NCBI GenBank assembly: GCA_965230905.1
Contig: OZ246396.1
Coordinates: forward strand, 990,001 to 1,022,000
Origin: Candidatus Saccharimonadota bacterium
GTDB taxonomy: Bacteria; Patescibacteriota; Gracilibacteria; UBA1369; 2-02-FULL-48-14
Direction of reading: 5' to 3'
DNA length: 32,000 nt
Positions 23,988-31,988 of this stretch are shown piece after piece (position 1 is the stretch's first letter; each line of letters begins with the position of its first letter). The notes under the pieces were generated by a model. It saw only the letters and a list, made by a program, of their open reading frames with translations, was not told where the DNA came from and ran no database searches. The translations under genes and the position numbers were made by a program.

Positions 23988-24953
23988 TTAGTTCAATCCA
24001 CTATTTTGGTAAACCTGATCCATGGTTTTTTGAGCGAGGAGGCGGGCTTTTTTGGCGCCCATTTCCATGATTTCATCGAGATTTTCAGAGCTTTCAAGCT
24101 GGTCGCGGCGGCTACGGGCTTCGGCAAAGAATTCGAGGAGTTTGGCGAGCAGAGCTTGCTTGGCACGGCCGTATCCAAAACCTCCTGCAAGGTAATTGCT
24201 CTTCAACTCCTCCAGTTCTCTCGAATTAGAAAATTGTTCATAGAGGGAGAGGATGATGTCGTCTTCAATCGGCATGGCGTCTTTGAGCTCAATACTGGCG
24301 GTTTTAATTCCCATGATCTGTTTCTTAATCACGTCCTCCGATTCAAAGAGGCTGATGGTGTTGCCGTAACTTTTGCTCATTTTTTGTCCGTCGGTTCCAG
24401 TCACCGTGCCCACATCTTTTTCAATGGTGGGTTCAGGCAATTTAAAAGTCTCTCCATAAAAATGGTTGAATTTTTCGGCAATGTCGCGGGCAATTTCCAC
24501 GTGCTGTTTTTGGTCCTGGCCCACGGGAACTTGATCGGCTTGGTATATCAAAATATCCGCGGCCATGAGCACTGGATAGGTGAAAAGTCCTACGTTCATG
24601 TCGCGACTCCCTTTGGCGACGGCGTCTTTCCAGGCGTGGGCTCGTTCGAGTAAACCTTGTGGAGCAACGGTGGAAAGAATCCACGCGAGTTCAGCGTGCT
24701 GGGGCACGTCACTTTGGTAGAAGAAGGTTACTTTTTCGGGGTCTAGACCCAAGGAAAGGTAGCTGAGTGCTACTTCACGGCGGTATTCTCTCATCTCGTC
24801 GGCGTTTCTAACGGTGGTGAGGGCGTGGTAGTCCGCTACAAAATATAAACACTCGTTATCTTGATTTTGCAGGGCGATGTGTTGGCGAATAGCGCCCAGA
24901 TAGTTTCCAAGGTGTGGCCGGCCCGTGGGTTTGATTCCAGATAAAATGCGCAT
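23988..24953 (-). CDS. trpS: Tryptophan--tRNA ligase
   Basis: MRILSGIKPTGRPHLGNYLGAI (HIGH-type motif) and GQKMSKSYGN (KMSKS). 321 aa. Confidence 0.95.
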   Translation of the reverse strand: MRILSGIKPTGRPHLGNYLGAIRQHIALQNQDNECLYFVADYHALTTVRNADEMREYRREVALSYLSLGLDPEKVTFFYQSDVPQHAELAWILSTVAPQGLLERAHAWKDAVAKGSRDMNVGLFTYPVLMAADILIYQADQVPVGQDQKQHVEIARDIAEKFNHFYGETFKLPEPTIEKDVGTVTGTDGQKMSKSYGNTISLFESEDVIKKQIMGIKTASIELKDAMPIEDDIILSLYEQFSNSRELEELKSNYLAGGFGYGRAKQALLAKLLEFFAEARSRRDQLESSENLDEIMEMGAKKARLLAQKTMDQVYQNSGLN

Positions 24954-24959
24954 GGATAC

Positions 24960-25005
24960 TTTATACCGTAATTTTTTTTATGAATCCACAAATTTCATGT
25001 AAGAT
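24960..25005. promoter_or_regulatory. Divergent promoter region trpS / EVE gene, with -10-like hexamers each 6 nt from the respective ATG
   Basis: On the minus strand, TATAAA (24965-24960) is followed by GTATCC and then the trpS ATG. On the plus strand, TAAGAT (25000-25005) is followed by CTTTCC and then the ATG at 25012. An A/T tract lies between them. The -35 elements are weak. Confidence 0.25.
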
Positions 25006-25011
25006 CTTTCC

Positions 25012-25407
25012 ATGAACCATTGGCTGCTCAAAAGTGAACCCGATTGCTACAACTGGTCCGAGCTCGTGAAGGACGGCGCGACCTTTTGGGATGGCGTGCA
25101 CAATTACCAAGCCCGTAATAATTTGCGTGCCATGAAAAAGGGCGACTTGGCGTTTTTCTATCACAGCGGTGAGGAGCGCCAGATCATGGGAATCGCGAAA
25201 ATTGTGGGCGAGGCCTATCCTGATAAAACCGATGCTGCATGGTCGTGGGTGGACATTGAACTGGTTGAGGCGCTGCCTCGGCCGGTGACTTTAAAGGAAT
25301 TGAAAGAGCACCCGGCTTTAGCGGGCATGAACTTGTTTCGTCAGTCGCGTTTGTCGGTGGTGGCGATTACGCCAGAAGAGTGGGAGGCGATAACGGCGAT
25401 ATACTAG
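25012..25407 (+). CDS. EVE domain (PUA-like, modified-base-binding) protein, standalone
   Basis: MNHWLLKSEPDCYNWSELVKDGATFWDGVHNYQARNNLRAMKKGDLAFFYHSGEERQIMGIAKIVGEAYPD...RLSVVAITPEEWEAI is a near-textbook EVE (PF01878) pattern. Confidence 0.9.
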   Translation: MNHWLLKSEPDCYNWSELVKDGATFWDGVHNYQARNNLRAMKKGDLAFFYHSGEERQIMGIAKIVGEAYPDKTDAAWSWVDIELVEALPRPVTLKELKEHPALAGMNLFRQSRLSVVAITPEEWEAITAIY

Positions 25408-25510
25408 TTGGTGTACCGCAGGCGGATTTTGGCCGAAAGGTGAATATATACTCACCTAGCGTTTTGTCACTAGAATGTGGCTACTTTAACCTGTTGAAGC
25501 GGTGGATTTT

Positions 25511-25519
25511 TGCTAAAAT
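25511..25519 (+). promoter_or_regulatory. Possible extended -10 promoter (TGcTAAAAT) for the HNH gene
   Basis: tgctaaaat lies 24 nt upstream of the ATG at 25543. TTGAAG sits 14 nt upstream, which is suboptimal spacing. Confidence 0.25.
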
Positions 25520-25542
25520 TAAATTTCCTTAATCTAACAATT

Positions 25543-26346
25543 ATGACAGACGAAGAACTCTATGAAAAAGCCCGCCTTTATGGGCAAAACGTATTGCAAT
25601 GGAGGCAAAGGTTTATGGGCTTACTCCCGGAAGTGGAGAAACGCCGTCTTTATGCAAAGAAGGGTTTCGGCTCCGTGTTTGAATTTGCTTTTAAGTTGGC
25701 AGGGTTGAGTGAAGAACAGGTGCGAAGGGTTTTAAGCCTTGAAAAGAAATTTACAGAGCTACCTGTTTTGAAGGGGCTTTTAGAGACGGGCGAAGTGAGT
25801 GTAAATAAGTTGGCACGCGTGGCCTCCATAGCTACTTCACAGAATGAATTGGAATTGGCGGAGGTAGTAAAAGTTTTGCCACAGAAGGCGCTAGAGACTT
25901 TGGTTAGAGACGAAAATGCTGTACCACTTGTACCACGAGGGCACTTTGTGCGCGCGCACAACTTGGGATTGAGCGATGAGGTGACTGCAAAACTTCTTGA
26001 GCTTCAAGAAAAAGGACTAGATGTAAATGAGCTATTTTTGGAGTTTTTACAGAAGCATGAAGAGGAAATTGCCCAAGAAAAAGCAGCTATTGCCGCAGAA
26101 CTGCCAGGATCACAATCCCGTCATGTACCAGCTCGCACGCAGCGGGTTCTACAAAAAGAAAACGGTTCCAAATGTTCCATCCAAACCTGCAAAAGACCCG
26201 CCCAGCATCTGCACCACACGCAAACCTTTGCGCTAAGCAGACGGCACGACCCACATTACTTGGCCCCCCTTTGCAAAGAACACCACACTATCGCGCACGC
26301 CATCAATGTGAAGGTGCAGGAGAGGCGGACGGATTTTATACGCTGA
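25543..26346 (+). CDS. HNH endonuclease with DUF222/13E12-like helical N-terminal region
   Basis: The C-terminus CSIQTCKRPAQHLHHTQTFALSRRHDPHYLAPLCKEHHTIAH has the C-x4-C...HH...C-x2-HH HNH zinc-finger layout. The N-terminus LPEVEKRRLYAKKGFGSVFEFAFKLAGLSEEQVRRVLSLEKK is typical of DUF222-HNH proteins. ATG 25543 is preferred over the track start at 25510. Confidence 0.8.
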   Translation: MTDEELYEKARLYGQNVLQWRQRFMGLLPEVEKRRLYAKKGFGSVFEFAFKLAGLSEEQVRRVLSLEKKFTELPVLKGLLETGEVSVNKLARVASIATSQNELELAEVVKVLPQKALETLVRDENAVPLVPRGHFVRAHNLGLSDEVTAKLLELQEKGLDVNELFLEFLQKHEEEIAQEKAAIAAELPGSQSRHVPARTQRVLQKENGSKCSIQTCKRPAQHLHHTQTFALSRRHDPHYLAPLCKEHHTIAHAINVKVQERRTDFIR

Positions 26347-28285
26347 TCTGCGGATCTACATCGATGCGCCAGCCTTGAAGGGCTTCGGACGGGATTTTTT
26401 TGAGGATGCTTTCGGGCTGAGGGCCTTGGATGAGAATATTCCACTGGTACTGTTTGTTGATGCGGGAGAGCAGCGCCGGGGCGGCGTAGACCTTGTGGGT
26501 ATCTTTTGGGATGAGTTTTTCGAGAGCACGAGCGGCGTCTTCGCAGACTTTTACACTGGGATCGCAGTACATGAGTTTGGCGATTCGTCCAAAAGGTGGA
26601 AACGCCCCCTCTTTTCTTGAGATAATTTCTTGTTCATAAAACCCGTTGTAGTCGTGAGTTTGACTAAAAAATATACTCGGATGGTCCGGATTGTAGGTTT
26701 GTATACACACTTCTCCCTGTTTTTCTCGTCGTCCGGCGCGGCCGGCAACCTGGGTGAGGAGTTGGAACATACGCTCCGAGGTGCGGAAGTCGGGAATGTG
26801 CAGCCCCATGTCCGCCATGATCACCCCCACCAGGGTGATATTGGGGATGTCGAAACCTTTCCCAATCATTTGCGTGCCGATCAAAATATCGATTTCTTGA
26901 TTGTTGAGTTTTTCGTGCAGCTCGGTGAAGCTATCTTTTTTAGACATGGTGTCGCGGTCGGCGCGTTGAATGCGGGCGAGTGGGAAGAGTTTTTTGAGAT
27001 CGGTTTCCACGCGCTCGGTCCCGAGTCCCAAATATTTAACACGGGTGCCTTTGCAGCTGGGGCAAGTTTCTTCCATGCGCTGCACGATTCCGCAGTGATG
27101 GCAGATGAGGCTTTGTTCACGCAGCTTTCGGGCATGGTAGGTCAGTGCCAGATCGCAGTTGGGACATTGAAAAACATAGCCGCAATCTCGGCAGAGCACT
27201 GAGGAGGCAGAGCCGCGGCGGTTCAAAAAAAGGATGATCTGCTCTTTTTTGGCGAGTGTTGATCTCATTTTTTGTTCAAGAGCGTCGCTGAAGATTGTGT
27301 AGTTGCGGGCTTTGAGCTCTTCACGCATATCAATGAGCTGCACGTTGGGGAGCGGCGTTCCCGAAATTCGTTCACTTAAAGTATAAAGTTTATACAGCCC
27401 TTCTGTGGCCTTGAAAAAAGTCTCCACACTTGGGGTGGCGGATCCAAAAACCACCTGGGCGCCCGTGAGCTCTGCCACTTTAAGCGCCGTTTCGCGGGCG
27501 TGGTAGCGGGGATTTTGATCTTGTTTGTAGCTCCACTCGTGCTCTTCGTCCATCACAATGAGTCCTAGGTTCTTAAAAGGAGAGAAGAGGGCGCTGCGGG
27601 AGCCAATGACCAAGTTTATTTCACCTGACTGAATGGACTTCCAGATCTCCGCTTTTTTTCCGTCACTGATGCGACTGTGGATTACCGCAATCTGGGGGAA
27701 GGCCGCTTCAAAGTACTTGAGTAGTTGGGGAGTGAGTGAGATTTCCGGCACCAGCAATAGGCACTGCTGCCCTTCTTGAATAAAATTTTTGATCAACTGC
27801 TTGTAGATTTCAGTTTTTCCGGCTCCTGTGATTCCGTGCAGCAGCGCCACGGGTGGCTTTTCCTTTATAATGGAGTCCACGATCGCTTCCTGTTCAGGTG
27901 TGAGGGTGTGAATTATCTCCTTTTTAGTTTTCTTGGTTTCAGCTTTAGTCTTGCGGGCTTTTTTAGGCGCACGAAAGATGTTTTTTGGCAGCATCAAGCG
28001 GACAGCGTCGTATTTAGAACAAAAATAGTAGTCACAAATCCAGTCTGCGAGTTCCAACTGCCAGCTTTGTAGGAGGCCCTCTTCATTCAACACACTTAAA
28101 ATCTCCTTGGTGGCGAAGCTGGGAGCCTCATTGTGAATTCGTAAAACCACGCCGGCCTTTTCGCCTTTTTGAAAAGGGACCAAAACCCCGTCGCCAATTT
28201 TTAAACTTAAAGCAGCGGGCACACGGTACGTGAGTCGATTTTGTTTTCGGGCAAAGGCGTGTTCAATGAGGATTTCTGCAAACAT
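26336..28285 (-). CDS. priA: Primosomal protein N' (replication restart helicase)
   Basis: MFAEILIEHAFARKQNRLTYRVP...GDGVLVPFQKGEKAGVV. Walker A HGITGAGKTEIY. DEEH box MDEEHEWSYKQ. Cys-rich zinc region CRDCGYVFQCPNCDLALTYH...CHHCG...CPSCKG. ATG 28285 is preferred over the track start at 28426. Confidence 0.92.
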   Translation of the reverse strand: MFAEILIEHAFARKQNRLTYRVPAALSLKIGDGVLVPFQKGEKAGVVLRIHNEAPSFATKEILSVLNEEGLLQSWQLELADWICDYYFCSKYDAVRLMLPKNIFRAPKKARKTKAETKKTKKEIIHTLTPEQEAIVDSIIKEKPPVALLHGITGAGKTEIYKQLIKNFIQEGQQCLLLVPEISLTPQLLKYFEAAFPQIAVIHSRISDGKKAEIWKSIQSGEINLVIGSRSALFSPFKNLGLIVMDEEHEWSYKQDQNPRYHARETALKVAELTGAQVVFGSATPSVETFFKATEGLYKLYTLSERISGTPLPNVQLIDMREELKARNYTIFSDALEQKMRSTLAKKEQIILFLNRRGSASSVLCRDCGYVFQCPNCDLALTYHARKLREQSLICHHCGIVQRMEETCPSCKGTRVKYLGLGTERVETDLKKLFPLARIQRADRDTMSKKDSFTELHEKLNNQEIDILIGTQMIGKGFDIPNITLVGVIMADMGLHIPDFRTSERMFQLLTQVAGRAGRREKQGEVCIQTYNPDHPSIFFSQTHDYNGFYEQEIISRKEGAFPPFGRIAKLMYCDPSVKVCEDAARALEKLIPKDTHKVYAAPALLSRINKQYQWNILIQGPQPESILKKIPSEALQGWRIDVDPQISV

Positions 28286-28334
28286 AGGAATTTTAGTATA
28301 AACTATTTTACAAAAGCACCCAAAACATGCTTGA

Positions 28335-30569
28335 ATGTTTTTGATGATCTCACGCCGCCACTTACTCGCATCCGCTGTTTTAAATCTGGTTTGGATTTTG
28401 CCTGTCTCTGCGGCGGATCTCTTCACTTCAGGTATTGAAAACGGACTTATACAAGGAAATGCTGTTCAAACGCAGCACTTCCAGTTTGAGTTTTCTGATG
28501 TGGTGGGTGAACAGGCCGATTCCGATGGAGATGGAATCCCTAATCTTATAGAAGTGACGGCCGAAGCAGCTGAAGAAAGCTGGGACATTGTGATTGACGA
28601 TCTGGGTTACGAAGAGCCCACGGGAGATGGAAGCCGTTTGATCGTTATTATGGACGACAACGATGAGTACTTGAGCAGCAGTGCTTTGGGAATCACCAGT
28701 TTGCTCAGCAATGGAAATCCTTATGTAGCCATTGACCCTTGGATGTCGGATGCGTATTTGCAAGTGACCATGGGCCATGAATTTTTTCATGCGGTTCAAT
28801 TTGGCTACGACCCGGGCTTTGCCTATTCCTACCAGGGAATTAATTTTGCGGAAGCCACCGCCACTTGGGTGGAAGACCTCATTTTTGATTCCGTGGACGA
28901 CTACGCTCTTTATATACCTGAATTTTTAAGTTACATCGATTACTCGATTTTTGCCTCCATTGTCCCTACGGGGACTTTGTATGAATATGGAATGAACATT
29001 TGGCCTCGTTTCTTGAGTGAGTACTACGACAACAACGTGATTAAGAATGTGTGGGAAACGTATTTTGATTCGTCCATTGATTTTGATAGCGATCTGAAAC
29101 TTTATGAAGCGGTGAAGGATGTGGTGGGTGAGGAGGGTGGAGATTTGGAAGCGGTTTTCCAACAGTTCACGCTTTGGAATTTGAATTTGGATAGCTATGA
29201 AGAGGGAGATATTTATCCGGAGGTATTTATTTTAGAGGGTGAAGAAAGTCAGGACTATGTGCTGAGTGATGAAAGTTATGCGCCAGCTCTGTTTGGAAGC
29301 AACTATCTTTACTTTGAAAACTCCAGTGGATCGGGTGAATTTTCCTTCCATTTGGTTAAGCCCGAGGGCGTGAGCTTTGCCGTTTCTTTGGTGCCATACG
29401 ATGGGGTGAATTACGATACCGATGCGGCTGAAACGGTCATTATTGGCAAAGACGACGAAATGTCGGAGGCGCTTAGCTTAAGCCATGTTGGAGCACAGGA
29501 TGGGGTGATGGCGGTTATTTCTGCTTTGAATATAGACTACGATGATGGGAACAATTGGGAGGTGTTTGACGAGGGGTATTTGTATTATTATTTGGCAGAT
29601 TACGGCTTGAATGAAAGTGAGTTTGAAGAACTCATGAGTGGAACGGAAGAAGAACTCACCGAGGAAATTGAAGAGACTGATGGAGAAAAAGAAGGTGAAA
29701 CAACGGAGTACGCTTCGGATGGACGGGGTCAAAGTAGTTTGACCTTATCGGTTGTAAGTTTTGATCAAAATTCGGCCACGTTCTCTTGGAATCGTTTGGA
29801 TGACAATGATATTGCGGGTTACGAGCTCCATTACGGTACTTCTTCCGGTTCTCATGCAAATAAGCTGGAAATTAAAACGGCTTACACCACTTTCAGCACC
29901 GTGGCTGATTTGGAAGCTGGTGAGACCTATTATTTCACTTTGAGGGCCGTAGATAAAAATGATGACAAGGTGGGTGAAGAAAGTTCTGAAGTTTCCCTCA
30001 CTCCCGAAGAATGGCTGTTTGAGGATATATCTTTTGCCAATCCACATTACGCCGCGATTGAGAACTTAGTGGAAATGGGAATATTTGAAGGTTATGCCGA
30101 TAATACTTTCCGACCAGAAACTGAAATCAACCGAGCTGAACTCTTGAAGATTTTGGTGGAAGGTCGGGACATTGAGGTGGATGCTTCCTTGAATAAGAAC
30201 TGTTTCCCTGATGTTGGGGAAGAATGGTATTCCCAGTACGTTTGCTACGCCAAATACCGAGGATGGATCAAGGGCTACAGTGACGGTACTTTTAGGCCCA
30301 GCGACACGGTGAATAAAGTGGAGGCGCTCAAGATGCTCTTCAATGTCTATGAAATGGAGCTGAGTGAAGACGCTACGGTTGCGAATCTTAAGTACACCGA
30401 TCTCGATGAAAATGCTTGGTACGCCATCTACGTATGGAAAGCCTCTAGCTTGGGAATTTTGGAAGAAACCGTGGGTGGAACCTTTAACGGTGCTGACGGT
30501 AGAAACCGGGGTGATATGGCCGAAGAACTCTACCGCTACTTAGTGGTGGAGGAAGGGCTTAAGGAATAA
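28335..30569 (+). CDS. Secreted putative zinc metalloprotease (HEXXH) with FN3-like domain and three C-terminal SLH repeats
   Basis: Signal LLASAVLNLVWILPVSAAD. VTMGHEFFHAVQFGY has HEFFH at 28776-28790. The FN3-like region is LTLSVVSFDQNSATFSWNRLDDNDIAGYELHYGTS...GETYYFTLRAVDKNDDKVGEES. SLH repeats include FEDISFANPHYAAIENLVEMGIFEGYADNTFRPETEINRAELLKIL and FPDVGEEWYSQYVCYAKYRGWIKGYSDGTFRPSDTVNKVEALKML. Confidence 0.75.
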   Translation: MFLMISRRHLLASAVLNLVWILPVSAADLFTSGIENGLIQGNAVQTQHFQFEFSDVVGEQADSDGDGIPNLIEVTAEAAEESWDIVIDDLGYEEPTGDGSRLIVIMDDNDEYLSSSALGITSLLSNGNPYVAIDPWMSDAYLQVTMGHEFFHAVQFGYDPGFAYSYQGINFAEATATWVEDLIFDSVDDYALYIPEFLSYIDYSIFASIVPTGTLYEYGMNIWPRFLSEYYDNNVIKNVWETYFDSSIDFDSDLKLYEAVKDVVGEEGGDLEAVFQQFTLWNLNLDSYEEGDIYPEVFILEGEESQDYVLSDESYAPALFGSNYLYFENSSGSGEFSFHLVKPEGVSFAVSLVPYDGVNYDTDAAETVIIGKDDEMSEALSLSHVGAQDGVMAVISALNIDYDDGNNWEVFDEGYLYYYLADYGLNESEFEELMSGTEEELTEEIEETDGEKEGETTEYASDGRGQSSLTLSVVSFDQNSATFSWNRLDDNDIAGYELHYGTSSGSHANKLEIKTAYTTFSTVADLEAGETYYFTLRAVDKNDDKVGEESSEVSLTPEEWLFEDISFANPHYAAIENLVEMGIFEGYADNTFRPETEINRAELLKILVEGRDIEVDASLNKNCFPDVGEEWYSQYVCYAKYRGWIKGYSDGTFRPSDTVNKVEALKMLFNVYEMELSEDATVANLKYTDLDENAWYAIYVWKASSLGILEETVGGTFNGADGRNRGDMAEELYRYLVVEEGLKE

Positions 30570-31140
30570 GTAATTTGCGTGGGATTTTTCCCAGATGAAG
30601 CTCTATCAATACCTCTTTTACCGCCGCCGCTAGGTCATCTTGGCTTGTTCGTAAAACGGTTACACCTCGTTCCAAGGCCAACTTTTGTACTTTTTCTGGA
30701 CCCGATGGATCGTAAAAAGTATCGTCTACCGTCTTCTGATCCCTGTCTTTCCATCGCATAGTGTGGCTGACCTCGGTTATCACCAAAGTGGGCAAAACAC
30801 CTCTCATTTGTTTTCTAGTTAGCATGAATTGGTCTTTGTCAAAAACTTGGATTGCTCCTTGAGGCAAGTTGTTCATTCGTGTGGCTTGCAACATGTACAG
30901 TGTTGCCCATCTACTATTCATGTCATCTGGATGGTACGACAGGGCTCCAGCCCGTGACGACGTTATTTTAGGTGGATGTGTAGGCAAGGCCTTTCCAGCT
31001 GCGCATGCTTTGTCAATTGCTTCAAAAGCGGCTTTTGAGATTGAATCCAGGTCGTTTTTACGCACGGCAATGTGATGCCCTCCAATGTGAGTGTGTGCCG
31101 CTCGTTTAAGTGCAGCTTCAGGATTCCATGTGGTCAACAT
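30559..31140 (-). CDS. Hypothetical protein (orphan), immediately downstream of tRNA-Arg
   Basis: 193 aa from ATG 31140 (MLTTWNPEAALKRAAHTHIGGHHIAV...). The track's TTG at 31155 would add 5 aa. No TM segment, signal peptide or motif I recognise. The 3' end overlaps the convergent metalloprotease gene by 11 nt. Confidence 0.55.
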   Translation of the reverse strand: MLTTWNPEAALKRAAHTHIGGHHIAVRKNDLDSISKAAFEAIDKACAAGKALPTHPPKITSSRAGALSYHPDDMNSRWATLYMLQATRMNNLPQGAIQVFDKDQFMLTRKQMRGVLPTLVITEVSHTMRWKDRDQKTVDDTFYDPSGPEKVQKLALERGVTVLRTSQDDLAAAVKEVLIELHLGKIPRKLLIP

Positions 31141-31196
31141 GTCACTATGATACAACGTTTTTAGAGTACGTCAATAGGCCGCACTTTGTACAGTGA

Positions 31197-31273
31197 TGGT
31201 GCACCCAGAGGGATTCGAACCCCCAACCCTCGGTTCCGAAGACCGATGCTCTATCCAGTTGAGCTATGGGTGC
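31197..31273 (-). tRNA. tRNA-Arg (anticodon UCG), CCA encoded
   Basis: The minus strand reads GCACCCA-TA-GCTC-AACTGGATA-GAGC-A-TCGGT-CTTCGGA-ACCGA-GGGTT-GGGGG-TTCGAAT-CCCTC-TGGGTGC-A-CCA. It forms a full cloverleaf with a 7-bp acceptor stem, a TTCGAAT T-loop and a C-T-[TCG]-G-A anticodon loop. Confidence 0.93.
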
Positions 31274-31355
31274 ATGCTTGGGACAGTGTAGGGAAAAGAA
31301 CGCTCGAAAGAAAGAGATTCTTTTAAATCTACAGAAAGTGCTTTAAACTGCTCAC

Positions 31356-31988
31356 ATGGATTTGATCGATCTCTTTTTACATCTGGACGAGCACCTGGCT
31401 TCGTTGGTGGAACAGTTTGGATGGGGCAGTTACGTGGTGCTTTTTGCAATTGTTTTTTGTGAGACAGGCTTGGTGTTTACGCCATTTCTACCGGGAGATT
31501 CCTTGATTTTTGTGGCGGCGACTTTGGCGGCGCAAGAGGTGATGAATGTGCTTTTACTTTGGCCGCTGCTTTTGGTGGCGGCGATTGTGGGAGACAGCGT
31601 GAACTACTGGATTGGTAGTCGTTTTGGTAGAAAACTGGTTCGAGAAAAAGGACTGATTCGGCACGAGCACTTGGATCGCACGCGGGCTTTTTATGAAAAA
31701 TATGGGAAGAAAACCATTGTGATTGCACGCTTTATTCCCATCGTTCGCACCTTCGCGCCTTTTATGGCGGGGATGGCCCACATGGATTATAAAGTTTTCT
31801 GGTTCTACAACGTGCTGGGTGGTTTTTTGTGGGTCACGCTATTTACCTTTGCCGGATACTTTTTTGGAGAACTGCCTTGGGTCCAAGAGAATTTGCACTA
31901 CCTAATACTGCTTATTATTTTCCTTTCCTTACTGCCGCCCGTGTGGGAGTACTGGAGGAATAGAAAGGCTGTCCGGAGCGAGAAGTAA
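31356..31988 (+). CDS. dedA: DedA/SNARE-associated family membrane protein
   Basis: FTPFLPGDSLIFVAATLAA, VNYWIGSRFGRKL, and KTIVIARFIPIVRTFAPFMAGMAHMDYKVFWFYNVLGGFLWV. Confidence 0.88.
   Translation: MDLIDLFLHLDEHLASLVEQFGWGSYVVLFAIVFCETGLVFTPFLPGDSLIFVAATLAAQEVMNVLLLWPLLLVAAIVGDSVNYWIGSRFGRKLVREKGLIRHEHLDRTRAFYEKYGKKTIVIARFIPIVRTFAPFMAGMAHMDYKVFWFYNVLGGFLWVTLFTFAGYFFGELPWVQENLHYLILLIIFLSLLPPVWEYWRNRKAVRSEK

Noticed and set aside
23955-24653. 232-aa plus-strand ORF opposite trpS
   Set aside because: trpS on the minus strand has the HIGH and KMSKS motifs and full length. The plus-strand ORF has no recognisable features.
25408-25542. HNH-associated structured RNA (HEARO/omega-RNA-like) in the 135-nt gap upstream of the HNH gene
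   Set aside because: The HNH protein has no RuvC segments, so it is not IscB-like. The gap is short and I could find only a weak 5-bp hairpin (ggtga...tcacc). A promoter explains the region adequately.
30559-31355. Genomic island or prophage remnant integrated at tRNA-Arg
   Set aside because: I saw no integrase, no recognisable phage gene, and no direct repeat of the tRNA 3' end in the window. Only a single orphan ORF is present. It is kept as a low-interest finding rather than a mobile-element call.
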